A stretch of 63,986 bases of DNA, filler included, from Bigelowiella natans CCMP2755 (lineage: Eukaryota; Protista; Cercozoa), in the NCBI GenBank assembly GCA_000320545.1. It is 6 parts of 6 records of this genome, joined end to end, with 100 filler letters (N's around TTAATTAATTAA, not from the genome) between each part and the next. Parts side by side here need not be neighbours in the genome. Positions count along the whole stretch, not along the records: positions 47,233 to 60,288 come from ADNK01000939.1; positions 60,389 to 62,740 come from ADNK01002404.1; positions 62,841 to 63,986 come from ADNK01003728.1; 3 more parts are not named here. One strand, given 5' to 3'. Below, piece by piece: positions 53,801 through 63,986 of this stretch. Position 1 is the first letter of the stretch. Each line of letters starts with the position of its first letter. The translations under genes were made by a program, and so were the position numbers. Below the pieces are notes generated by a model, which was given only the letters and a program-made list of their open reading frames with translations, was not told the DNA's origin and did not search any database.

Positions 53801-56800
53801 AAGCTTTTTTAATATGAAAAAGAGATCAACTACGTGAGCAACAACAACGAATATCTGAATGTTGCGTTCAGCATCAATGCTTCATTAACCGCTATGATAT
53901 TTGACCTGATACACGTTATGATATATTGTATTAAATTCTAGGTGAAACCCCTTTGATTTGTGCTTCAAGATTCGGGCATGAGATCATTGTTATGCATCTG
54001 GTTGACGCAAAAGCGGATATCGAGGCAAAGGATAATGATGGTAAACAAGAATATAGGAAAGATGTTAGTATAAGAAAGAGAACAACTACCCGAATAAAAA
54101 TATCGAATACCTGAATGTTGCTTTCAGCGTCAGTGCTTCATTAACTTCTATGACATTTGATCTGATACATGATATGATATATTGTATTAAATCATAGGTG
54201 AAACCTCTTTGATTTGTGCTTTGGAAAACCGACATGAGACCACCGTGAAGCATCTGGTTGACGCAAAAGCGGATATCGAGGCAAAGACTATGTCCGGATG
54301 TAAGATCATACAAGCCTTTTTAATAAGAAAAAGAGATCAACTACGTGAGCAACAACATCGAATACCTGAATGTTGCGTTCAGCATCAATGCTTCATTAAC
54401 CGCTATGATATTCGATCTGATACATGTTACGTTATATTGTATTAAATTCTAGGTTATACCCCTTTGATTTGGGCTTCAAGAAAAGGATATGACACCATTG
54501 CCAAGCATCTGGTTAACGCAAAAGCGGATATCAAGGAAAAGGATATTTTCGGTATGTAAGATATGCGAGCCTTCTTAACTTAAAAAGAGATCAACTACGT
54601 GAGCAACAACAACGAATATCTGAATGTTGCGTTCAGCATCAATGCTTCATTAACCGCTATGATATTTGATCTGATACATGTTATGTTATATTGTATTAAA
54701 TCATAGGTTATACCCCTTTGATTTGTGCTTCAGAATACGGACATGAGACCATTGTTATGCATCTGGTTAACGCAAAAGCGGACATCGAAGCAAAGAATGA
54801 TGATGGTAAACAAGAATATAGGAAAGTTGTAAGTATAAGAAAGAGAACAACTACCCGAATAAAAATATCGAATACCTGAATGTTGCTTTCAGCATCAATG
54901 CTTCATTAACTTCTATGATATTCGATCTGATACATGATATGTTATATTGTATTAAATCATAGGTTATACCCCTTTGATTTGGGCTTCAAGAAACGGACAT
55001 GAGACCACCGTAAAGCATCTGGTTGACGCAAAAGCGGACATCGAAGCAAAGGATATGTCCGGTATGTAAGATCATAAAAGCTTTTTTAATATGAAAAAGA
55101 GATCAACTACGTGAGCAACAACAACGAATATCTGAATGTTGCGTTCAGCATCAATGCTTCATTAACCGCTATGATATTTGACCTGATACACGTTATGATA
55201 TATTGTATTAAATTTTAGGTGAAACCCCTTTGATTTGTGCTTCAAGATTCGGGCATGAGATCATTGTTATGCATCTGGTTAACGCAAAAGCGGACATCGA
55301 AGCAAAGAATGATGATGGTAAACAAGAATATAGGAAAGATGTTAGTATAAGAAAGAGAACAACTACCCGAATAAAAATATCGAATACCTGAATGTTGCGT
55401 TCAGCATCAATGCTCCATTAACTTCTATGATATTCGATCTGATACATGTTATGTTATATTGTATTAAATCATAGGTGAAACCCCTTTGATTTGGGCTTCA
55501 AGAAACGGACATGAGACCACCGTGAAGAATCTGGTTGACGCAAAAGCGGACATCGAAGCAAAGCCTATGTCCGGTATGTAAGATCATAAAAGCCTTTTTA
55601 ATAAGAAAAAGAGATCAACTACGTGAGCAACAACAACGAATATCTGAATGTTGCGTTCAGCATCAATGCTTCATTAACCGCTATGATATTTGACCTGATA
55701 CACGTTATGATATATTGTATTAAATTCTAGGTGATACCCCTTTGATTTGGGCTTCAAGAAAAGGATATGACACCATTGCCAAGCATCTGGTTAACGCAAA
55801 AGCGGATATCGAAGCAAAGAATAATGATGGTAAACAAAAATATAGGAAAGTTGTTAGTATAAGAAAGAGAACAACTACCCGAATAAAAATATCGAATACC
55901 TGAATGTTGCTTTCAGCATCAATGCTTCATTAACTTCTATGATATTCGATCTGATACATGATATGATATATTGTATTAAATCATAGGTTATACCCCTTTG
56001 ATTTGTGCTTCAAGATTCGGACATGAGATCATTGTTATGCATCTGGTTAACGCAAAAGCGGACATCGAAGCAAAGCCTAGATCCGGTATGTAAGATCATA
56101 CAAGCCTTTTTAATAAGAAAAAGAGATCAACTACGTGAGCAACAACAACGAATATCTGAATGTTGCGTTCAGCATCATTGCTTCATTAACCGCTATGATA
56201 TTCGATCTGATACATGTTACGTTATATTGTATTAAATCATAGGTTATACCCCTTTGATTTGGGCTTCAAGAAACGGACATGAGACCACCGTGAAGAATCT
56301 GGTTGACGCAAAAGCGGACATCGAAGCAAAGGATATGTTCGGTATGTAAGATCATAAAAGCCTTTTTAATAAGAAAAAGAGATCAACTACGTGAGCAACA
56401 ACAACGAATATCTGAATGTTGCGTTCAGCATCAATGCTTCATTAACCGCTATGATATTTGACCTGATACACGTTATGATATATTGTATTAAATTCTAGGT
56501 GATACCCCTTTGATTTGGGCTTCAAGAAAAGGATATGACACCATTGCCAAGCATCTGGTTGACGCAAAAGCGGATATCGAAGCAAAGAATAATGATGGTA
56601 AACAAAAATATACGAAAGTTGTTAGTATAAGAAAGAGAACAACTACCCGAATAAAAATATCGAATACCTGAATGTTGCTTTCAGCATCAATGCTCCATTA
56701 ACTTCTAGGATATTCGATCTGATACATGATATGTTATATTGTATTAAATCATAGGTTATACCCCTTTGATTTGTGCTTCAAGATTCGGACATGAGATCAT

Positions 56801-57286
56801 TGTTATGCATCTGGTTGACGCAAAAGCGGATATCGAGGCAAAGGATAATGATGGTAAACAAGAATATAGGAAAGATGTTAGTATAAGAAAGAGAACAACT
56901 ACCCGAATAAAAATATCGAATACCTGAATGTTGCTTTCAGCATCAATGCTCCATTAACTTCTATGATATTCGATCTGATACATGTTATGTTATATTGTAT
57001 TAAATCATAGGTTATACCCCTTTGATTTGTGCTTCGAGAAACAGACATGCGATCATTGCCAAGCATCTGGTTGACGCAAAAGCGGATATCCAGGCAAAGC
57101 CTATATCCGGTATGTAAGATCATACAAGCCTTTTTAATAAGAAAAAGAGATCAACTACGTGAGCAACAATATCGAATATCTGAATGTTGCGTTCAGCATC
57201 AATGCTTCATTAACTTCGATGATATTTGACCTGATACACGTTATGTTGCATTGATTTGAATTCTAGGTTATACCCCTTTGATTTAG
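50844..57286 (+). CDS. ~1200-aa protein: unique N-terminal half plus an array of single-exon ankyrin repeats
   Basis: Exons 50844-52089, 52191-52389, 52516-52821, 52929-53051 and 53111-53363 splice in phase. Fifteen 99-nt phase-1 exons follow, starting at 53432, 53686, 53942, 54198, 54453, 54707, 54963, 55219, 55475, 55731, 55987, 56243, 56499, 56755 and 57011 (consensus GxTPLIxASRxGHExxVxHLVxAKADIEAKxxx). A last exon at 57267 ends in TAG at 57284-57286. Confidence 0.85.
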
Positions 57287-57320
57287 GCTTCGAAGGAAGG
57301 GCATGATGCCATTGGCCTTC
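53432..57320 (+). repeat. Tandem array of ~254-256-bp units (99-nt ankyrin exon + ~155-157-nt intron), 15 full units + 1 truncated
   Basis: Near-identical intron cores (caactac...tgaatgttgcgttcagcatcaatgcttcattaac...tattgtattaaat..tag) recur at a constant period, with two alternative intron 5' ends. Confidence 0.97.
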
Positions 57321-57497
57321 GAGTGCGACTACTGCGGGAAGGTCTGGTCGCAGCGGAGGAACGTCGTCGCTCACGTGCGCATCCACACGGGGAATAAGCT
57401 ATTCGAGAGTGTGAAATGTCCCAAGGCCTTCACGCGAAAGTCCAACCTAAAGCGCCATCTAAGTATGCGACATGACAGCAAGTGCGAGGACCTCTAG
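57303..57497 (+). pseudogene. Orphan C2H2 zinc-finger fragment (one intact and one degenerate finger) abutting the truncated last ankyrin exon
   Basis: FECDYCGKVWSQRRNVVAHVRIHTGNKLFESVKCPKAFTRKSNLKRHLSMRH: Kruppel-type HTGxK linker, with the second finger lacking its first Cys. It lies downstream of the ankyrin stop and out of frame with it. Confidence 0.65.
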
Positions 57498-57699
57498 CGA
57501 ATAGTGCCTCACGGGGGTGTTCGTGAAGGGGATAGCATGGAGCAGCAGCTACGTGACGGTGACCTGCACGTGCTTCCTACCCTAAGAACTTCTTCATCTC
57601 TATATATACATTTATGAATGTGTACAATCTACAAACATGTAAATGCTAACAAAAGAGATGTTCAAGTAACTTTGTTCATCTTTGATTGGAGATCCGATG

Positions 57700-58590
57700 A
57701 AAGATAGCTATTCCACCAGCGCCACCACGCGCACGAGTGCGTGCAACAGTTATCCAGTGCTAACTGGACAGAAGGTGCATCGATTTTGTTCAGTATGAAC
57801 ATCTTTTGACCCAAAAGTAGCTCTGCCACTGCTAGACTAAGTGCCAACGATGCACTCGAGAGACAGACACTATATATGCGTATGTCTATTGTAGACATTG
57901 GGCGTACCACTTGCAAAACGTGTGACAATGATGAGCACAAGCGCAACTCAAGCGTGAATCGCATTTAGATCTGCGTGCAATCTGTCTAGCTAGTGACAGC
58001 TCTAGAGCTAGCTAGCAATTAGCTTTGGACATCTAGACATGGAGGCCACTTGCAAACATTTTAATCATTCTGGCATTGGCCACCTACATGCATGTACACA
58101 TGTACACATGCATGTGTCACATTGCATGCACGTCCATCATCCTAGCGTAGCCACACTAGCACATCTGCACATTCCAGCGTTCCGCTAATATAGCATTGTA
58201 GCAATGCGCAGGTAGCATCGTCATGCCGGCTTGCCACATGTCTCCAAGTTCTGCCGCATGAATTTGGGAGGCAAGCACTACTAGACTGGTGCCATCACAC
58301 ACGCACGGTCATGCACAATCGTGCACGACCATGCAATGGAAGCTCGTCATTGTGGTGCTTGCTAGCTTGTTCATGTGCATGCTTAAATGCAACAGCAGCA
58401 CAGGCCACGCTAGCACGTGTCTCATGCACGTCTAGATGTGTGTGATGGGAATGCACTCTAGCACTGCTAGACTGCTAGACTGTGCAACAGCAACACTGAA
58501 TCCAACATACAATCAGCATCGACCAACATCGATTATGTCGTCTGTCAGTAGATCGAGACATGTCTTCCTTCTCATGCTAGCATGCTAGCA
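57700..58590. mobile_element. Decayed repeat block with very high CTAG/TGCA/CATG density
   Basis: For example ctagctagtgacagctctagagctagctagc and catgcatgtacacatgtacacatgcatgtg. No credible ORF; shares words with the 8850-9935 block. Confidence 0.35.
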
Positions 58591-58616
58591 TGGTGAGCAC
58601 CAAAAAAGCGTCATCG

Positions 58617-59459
58617 TCATTTCCGGTCGCGGTAGTCATCAATCACTGCCTTGATCTCATCGGACAGCATGGCCTGGAACATAGGGCATGGATGAAAGAG
58701 AGGTCTAACATCAGAACAAAGAAATCGAGGTGCGTAGTAGCAGCAAGCAACGAGAATCCACTGCAAAGCGCCAACAGGAACATGTGCCGAAACCATCATC
58801 ATATGTTCCTACGACTATTACCAAGGATAGATCCACCATATCGTTCAAGTCCTTGAACTTCTTTGCCTCGCCCTCTTTGCGCTTAGCATCCGTCCACACA
58901 CCCGCCCGGCCGTACAGTATGTCCTTGGCCCGCGCGTAGTGGTAGCAGAAACCGTGCTGCAAGAGACTGTAGTTCCCAAGGCCTGCTGGACTATTTCCAT
59001 GGAGGAAGTACGTCCCTCCTGCACAACGAACGAGGACCATCATCGTCAGAGCAATGCTGGTGTCGCCATGATGAGAGAGAAGACGGATATATGGATAAAT
59101 CGATTTTGTCCTTTTGACAATGAAATACTACTGCTTGCTACTACTATTGCTCCTCCTCCTCCTCCTCCTCCCGCTACTACCACTACTACTTCGACAACTA
59201 GTGCTGCACCTCTTCTAAAGTACGGGATCGGATGCGTGTCGTTCTGGTTCTCGGCCACCCACATCTCCACGGACACGTCTGGATGGTTGATGTGGAAGGC
59301 CGGCTTGCCGCGCTTCATCCTGGAGGCCCCCCAAGGGCGGTGCATGCGCACGTATCGCTCCACGTCGAGTTTCGCAGTTCTGTTTTCTCCATAGGTGACA
59401 TTCGGTTGGTGTTCGATGTCGCTGGTACCTGTTGGAGAGACGATGTTGATGGCGGGCAT
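58617..59459 (-). CDS. Three-exon orphan protein (~160 aa)
   Basis: MPAINIVSPTG...HPIPYFRR(G) |phase 1| GTYFLHGNSPAGLGNYSLLQHGFCYHYARAKDILYGRAGVWTDAKRKEGEAKKFKDLNDM |phase 0| AMLSDEIKAVIDDYRDRK*. Clean GT-AG junctions and GC-rich codons. Confidence 0.7.
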
Positions 59460-59675
59460 TGATGAAGGACGGCATGGAATATAAACGATAGAACAAGTCA
59501 TCGCATGTGGTGCTCGTCTATGCTGCTCTATATTTAATCACGTATCTAATAACTGTATGAATAGAATGCATCATCCTGCGTCACAGCTTACCAACTGCCC
59601 TCCATGAAAGTCGAACGCTTTTGTAAGGCCGGACCTCCGGAAGGGACAAAAACTGAAACCAACATCAACTATATT

Positions 59676-59721
<46 letters not shown>

Positions 59722-60026
59722 GTGCCTTTGTTAATCCCGTTCTCATTTCCCATGGGAAGCAGCAGCAGCAGCAGCAGTAGTGGAAGTAGTAGCATTTATG
59801 AGTACCTCCAGTATTCTGTAATGGCCAGGGGTTTTAGTTTCATTGAGACGATCGACGTCGGTACCGTGTTTGAACACATGGATCTTCGGCAGCCAGTATC
59901 TAGATAGTAAATGAGAAGGGGGGGGGGGGGGGGCATGGTGCAAGTATATAAATACAAATCACTTGTAATCTCTAATGATGTTGGGGGCTTGCTTCTGAAG
60001 TTGTTGCTCAGTTTATCATTATCTTC

Positions 60027-60062
<36 letters not shown>

Positions 60063-60210
60063 TATCGTCGTCATCGTCATCATTATCATTCTCCTCCTTA
60101 CTCGTCGTCGTCCACAGAGATCAGCCACCAGTCACGAGTACGGTCTTGGTTGTATTTTTCAATGTGTCGCATCGCCATGGCATGCAGCTCCACCCCTTCA
60201 CATCAATTAT

Positions 60211-60281
<71 letters not shown>

Positions 60282-60288
60282 TACTTAC

Positions 60289-60388
60289 NNNNNNNNNNNN
60301 NNNNNNNNNNNNNNNNNNNNNNNNNNNNNNNNTTAATTAATTAANNNNNNNNNNNNNNNNNNNNNNNNNNNNNNNNNNNNNNNNNNNN
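60289..60388. other. Artificial contig linker
   Basis: N44-TTAATTAATTAA-N44. Confidence 0.97.
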
Positions 60389-60791
60389 GAAAAGAGATGT
60401 TATAAATATATATATATATATATAAATATAGGTATCATCGTATGGATCCCATTGTCGCTGTATGCGGAAGTTAAAGCGTGTGAGAAATCGTCTCCCTGTA
60501 AATATTTTTTTGGAATGGGAAAACAAATGCTGGCATTGGTTATTGAGACCATTGGCATCGATGAGGACGGTAATGATGATGACGATGATGATGGGGGGGG
60601 GTAACTGTTTTCTTCTTGGGGAAAAAAAAAAACCCCCCCCCCCCCCCCGCACCCCTTCCCCCTTCTCACTCAAAACTACCAGGGAATCAAGCTGCTAGCT
60701 ATATGGGCCATAACATTTCTCCTCATCGTCGTCCGAGGAGGTTCCTTTCGCACATGTTTACGCGCGACAATGGGAGGGGGGGGGGAGAGAG

Positions 60792-60826
<35 letters not shown>

Positions 60827-60989
60827 TATATAAGGGAAATCGAACAACAATTTGAGAAGCAAACAGAAGCCAAGGAGAGCGATTATAGAAGCCAAGGAGA
60901 GCGATTATACTATTCATTAATACAAAAAGAAGCCAAGGAGCGCTATTATTCTATTCATTAATGCCGATCGAATCTTCATCACATCGTAG

Positions 60990-61699
60990 GGAAAGGAACG
61001 AAGAGCGTGTTGCGGGTGGAGTACTGTGGAGAGGTGTACTGGGTTGTGACGTTCTCTGCAATTATCATGCTGCTAGGTACATGACTCGCCTCCTCGTATT
61101 CCCCCCCCCCCCCCCCAACCCCCGGAAATTCTACTCCTTTCCTCGATTTTTCGGATGTGTTTGTGAGGAAGGAATGGTTGGACGATGCTCCTTCTCCTCC
61201 TCCTCCTCCTCATTGTCGTCTTGTGCGTCCTGTGATATCTTATCTCAGCTATCTTTTGTTTCTACCAAAAGGCGTTGCTTTCTTCTCGGCCAAAGACTTG
61301 TTCTCCATGCACCAGCATAAGATCGCATGCCACTACCCCTTTGCGAAAGGTGTGTAGGAAAACAATTCAAGGGGGGGGAGGGGGGGGGGATTACTGAAAG
61401 AAACTCTTATAGATCAGACAATAACATCAAAAGAATAAAACCGGCAAGTAGCGAGATCCAACCAACCGTTCTCTCATCCCCTCCCCCTCCCCCCGTAACC
61501 CTCTTCCTCTCTCCTCTTCGCTCAATTTTGGATGATTTTATGCTGCATGCTGCCATTTGAAAACAGGCGACCCGCACTGGAATATGTCCTACTTGCGCCG
61601 CATGTGTTTCATCACCTTCGGCACGGGGATTGCTGCGGTAAGAGGATCATGCCGCTCAATTTCTGCCTATATTTGACAAATTAACCAGAGCGAAAAAAC

Positions 61700-61739
<40 letters not shown>

Positions 61740-61957
61740 TTATTGAGTCCTCATTTGCGTGTATATTTGCTCTGTTTGCAGGGGGTACTCGGCGTCGGGG
61801 GGGGCATGTTCTTATCTCCCGTGCTTTTCGAGCTGGGAATGCTGCCAATGGTTGTCGCAGCGATATCAACCTCCTGCATCTTGCTGTCTTCGAGCGTTCT
61901 CACGGTGCTCATCATCGTGCAAGGGACTGTTGGCTTGTCGACGGTGTGTAAGGCGCG

Positions 61958-61998
<41 letters not shown>

Positions 61999-61999
61999 T

Positions 62000-62038
<39 letters not shown>

Positions 62039-62275
62039 ATGAACTATATGTTCTCCTTATTGCATACGCTCCGCGCGCATCTTGAAATTTTGTTGGTGCT
62101 GCGCCTTTTGCAGGTGTACAGCAGATTGAACATCCTCTCTCTCTTTACCCCTTCCCCCTTTCCAGGTGTTCTTGTACTTCTTGGGCACTGTCGCAGGGGC
62201 GTTCCTAGGAAAGTTCTTCGTGAAGCAAATCGTAGCGAAATACAGAAGCTCTGCTATCATACCCTTGATTCTCGG
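60990..62275 (+). CDS. Sulfite exporter TauE/SafE family protein, C-terminal half (partial)
   Basis: Exons GKGTKSVLRVEYCGEVYWVVTFSAIIMLL, AKDLFSMHQHKIACHYPFAK / GDPHWNMSYLRRMCFITFGTGIAA / GVLGVGGGMFLSPVLFELGMLPMVVAAISTSCILLSSS / VFLYFLGTVAGAFLGKFFVKQIVAKYRSSAIIPLIL. The G-x-G-GGG-x4-P motif is typical of eukaryotic TauE. Confidence 0.85.
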
Positions 62276-62740
62276 TGCGTGTCTTAGTTCAGGGGGGAGG
62301 GGGGGGGGGGGGGGGGACTGCCCTTGGTTGAACCGAGGGTGGGGGAGACTCCTACGACAAATGTTTGACAGCTGTTCTTGATTGTGTTGGCCAGGAGGAT
62401 CCCAGTGCACATTGCCGGTGGGGAAGCGCTAATCTTAATGCCCAGCACGCAGAGGATGATCTCCTGGGAGACTTTGAATTTCTTCGCTCCTGCTACGCTG
62501 AGAATGAGATCTAAGTGCACTTAATTTGATTATTATAGAACAGTACAGGCAGCATTTCTCGAGAAAGAAAGCGGTAGGAAGCAACGTCTTGCTCCTATAC
62601 CGCCTAGCATTCAGGCCTTCTCTCGCCCGTTAAGGCACCAGTTTCTCATTCCCTCTCTCCAAGGGCCATCCACACGAATACGTGAATCACGAGGATGACC
62701 ATGATCCTAAGAGCACGTGCTTCATGAAGGGGAAGCATTA

Positions 62741-62840
62741 NNNNNNNNNNNNNNNNNNNNNNNNNNNNNNNNNNNNNNNNNNNNTTAATTAATTAANNNN
62801 NNNNNNNNNNNNNNNNNNNNNNNNNNNNNNNNNNNNNNNN
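62741..62840. other. Artificial contig linker
   Basis: N44-TTAATTAATTAA-N44. Confidence 0.97.
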
Positions 62841-63089
62841 CTGGGCGCCAGAGTTGGCCACTCCCCCCCCTTACTCTCCCCGGTCTCTTCTACGAAATTG
62901 TTTTTTCTTTGCCCCCAGCAGTCCTTTTCTGTGTGTGTGTGTGTGTGTTTAATTTTAGAGAGGCCGGGGGTTTGGGGGGGGGGGGTGTCTTTTAGATAAA
63001 AAAAAAAATCAAGTGATTATTCTGTTCGTCGTGTTTATCTCACTACTATTTTTAGTGACAAACATCTTTGTTCGTTCATTCACATTTCA

Positions 63090-63505
63090 GCTACGTCGCT
63101 GGCGAGGAACAGAAGCAGGTTGGCTGTCGTAGTTCTGTAGTCGTAGTAGTAGTTCTATCCTTCAATTCAGTCTCCTTCTCCTCTCGTATTGGAGACGAAG
63201 TTTGGTTCAGAATCTCCTTTCTCGTCACTATCTTCTTCGTATCAATGTCCATTGTCACCACCGCCGCCGCCACTACCATCAACCATCGTTATCGTTGTTA
63301 TTATCTCCTCCACCAGGTTGTGGTAGTACTGTGCGGAGTTGTCGCTCTCGCATGCTACGGTGTCGGTCATATACCTGCTTCAACACGCGCGGACTCGTTT
63401 CCCATGATGCTCTGGGCTGCAACAGGTTTCATTAGTGTTTGAACGATGAAGATCAGACTGATATAGAAGACGACGCCGACGATAACGATGTCGATGATGA
63501 GCTGA

Positions 63506-63544
<39 letters not shown>

Positions 63545-63900
63545 CATAACCGTGGCTGTTATACTACTTCCAATGATTAAAGCCAGGACTTTCACAGCTA
63601 AGCATTACCATCTTTGTTACTCATGCTCATTAATAACACTTTTACCCATTTCATTATCATCACTTTCAACACCACCACCACCATCATAAGCATAAGCAGC
63701 AGCAGCAGCAGCAGCAGCAGTATAAGCTCCCATATGTTCCCCTTCTTCTTCATTATCACTCCATGTTTCTTCATCATGGCTGTTGTCATCAGGCATCGGA
63801 TACATCTTCGTCGAAATCGTGCGTCAAACGCGCCTATATCCGCAAATCCGAGCGACCTCCGTCAAGAAGAAGCTCCCGACAAATAACACTCCGAGACTTG
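63090..63900 (-). CDS. Possible partial minus-strand gene with hydrophobic exons, unidentified
   Basis: Segments VLFVGSFFLTEVARICGYRR, VKVLALIIGSSITAT and LIFIVQTLMKPVAAQSIMGNESARVEA between microsatellite tracts. Confidence 0.25.
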
Positions 63901-63922
63901 AGGTTTTCATTAAGTATCCACT

Positions 63923-63973
<51 letters not shown>

Positions 63974-63986
63974 GTGGAGGAGGAGG

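Noticed and set aside
54297-54298. Evidence for systematic non-canonical GA-AG introns (dinoflagellate-like)
   Set aside because: It is a single case explained by a 1-nt deletion relative to sister units. All other introns I resolved are GT-AG.
53432-57286. CRISPR-like repeat/spacer array or satellite DNA
   Set aside because: The variable parts are homologous 99-nt ankyrin exons with AG/GT boundaries and the constant parts are introns. There are no unique spacers or cas genes, and the context is eukaryotic.
57284-57286. Stop-codon reassignment or readthrough of TAG
   Set aside because: The downstream ankyrin sequence is itself truncated and the zinc finger is in another frame. No other in-frame TAG was seen in the conserved exons I resolved.
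60866-60962. Short 22-bp tandem repeat (gaagccaaggagagcgattata x2 plus a degenerate third copy)
   Set aside because: It is a local slippage duplication, apparently intronic, with no further structure.
23892-62840. Five identical TTAATTAATTAA motifs as a biological repeat or piggyBac-like TTAA sites
   Set aside because: Each sits centred in exactly 44+44 Ns. It is an artificial six-frame-stop contig linker.

Overview
Intron-rich eukaryotic nuclear DNA with canonical GT-AG introns, most of them filled with microsatellites. Five artificial 100-nt linkers (N44-TTAATTAATTAA-N44) join six contigs, so adjacency across them is not guaranteed. The gene style and one bipartite-type leader suggest a protist with a complex plastid, possibly a chlorarachniophyte (inference only). 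Most ORF-track entries are microsatellite noise. Hand splicing recovers these genes: an APC/PUT-type amino-acid/polyamine permease, RPL22, a TBC1D8/9-like RabGAP, a multipass membrane protein, an OTU-domain protein head-to-head with an Aha1_N+TPR protein, an ANKIB1-like RBR E3 ligase, a large ankyrin-array gene, a TauE/SafE exporter fragment and several orphans. Two features stand out. (1) A ~3.9-kb tandem array of ~256-bp intron+exon cassettes, each with one 99-nt phase-1 exon encoding one ankyrin repeat. All 15 complete repeats differ, they are mosaics of one another, and variation concentrates at the ligand-binding positions, which suggests an exon-shuffled variable receptor. (2) A ~200-aa insertion of three tandem helical repeats inside RING1 of the ANKIB1-like ligase. 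No rRNA, tRNA or CRISPR array was recognised.
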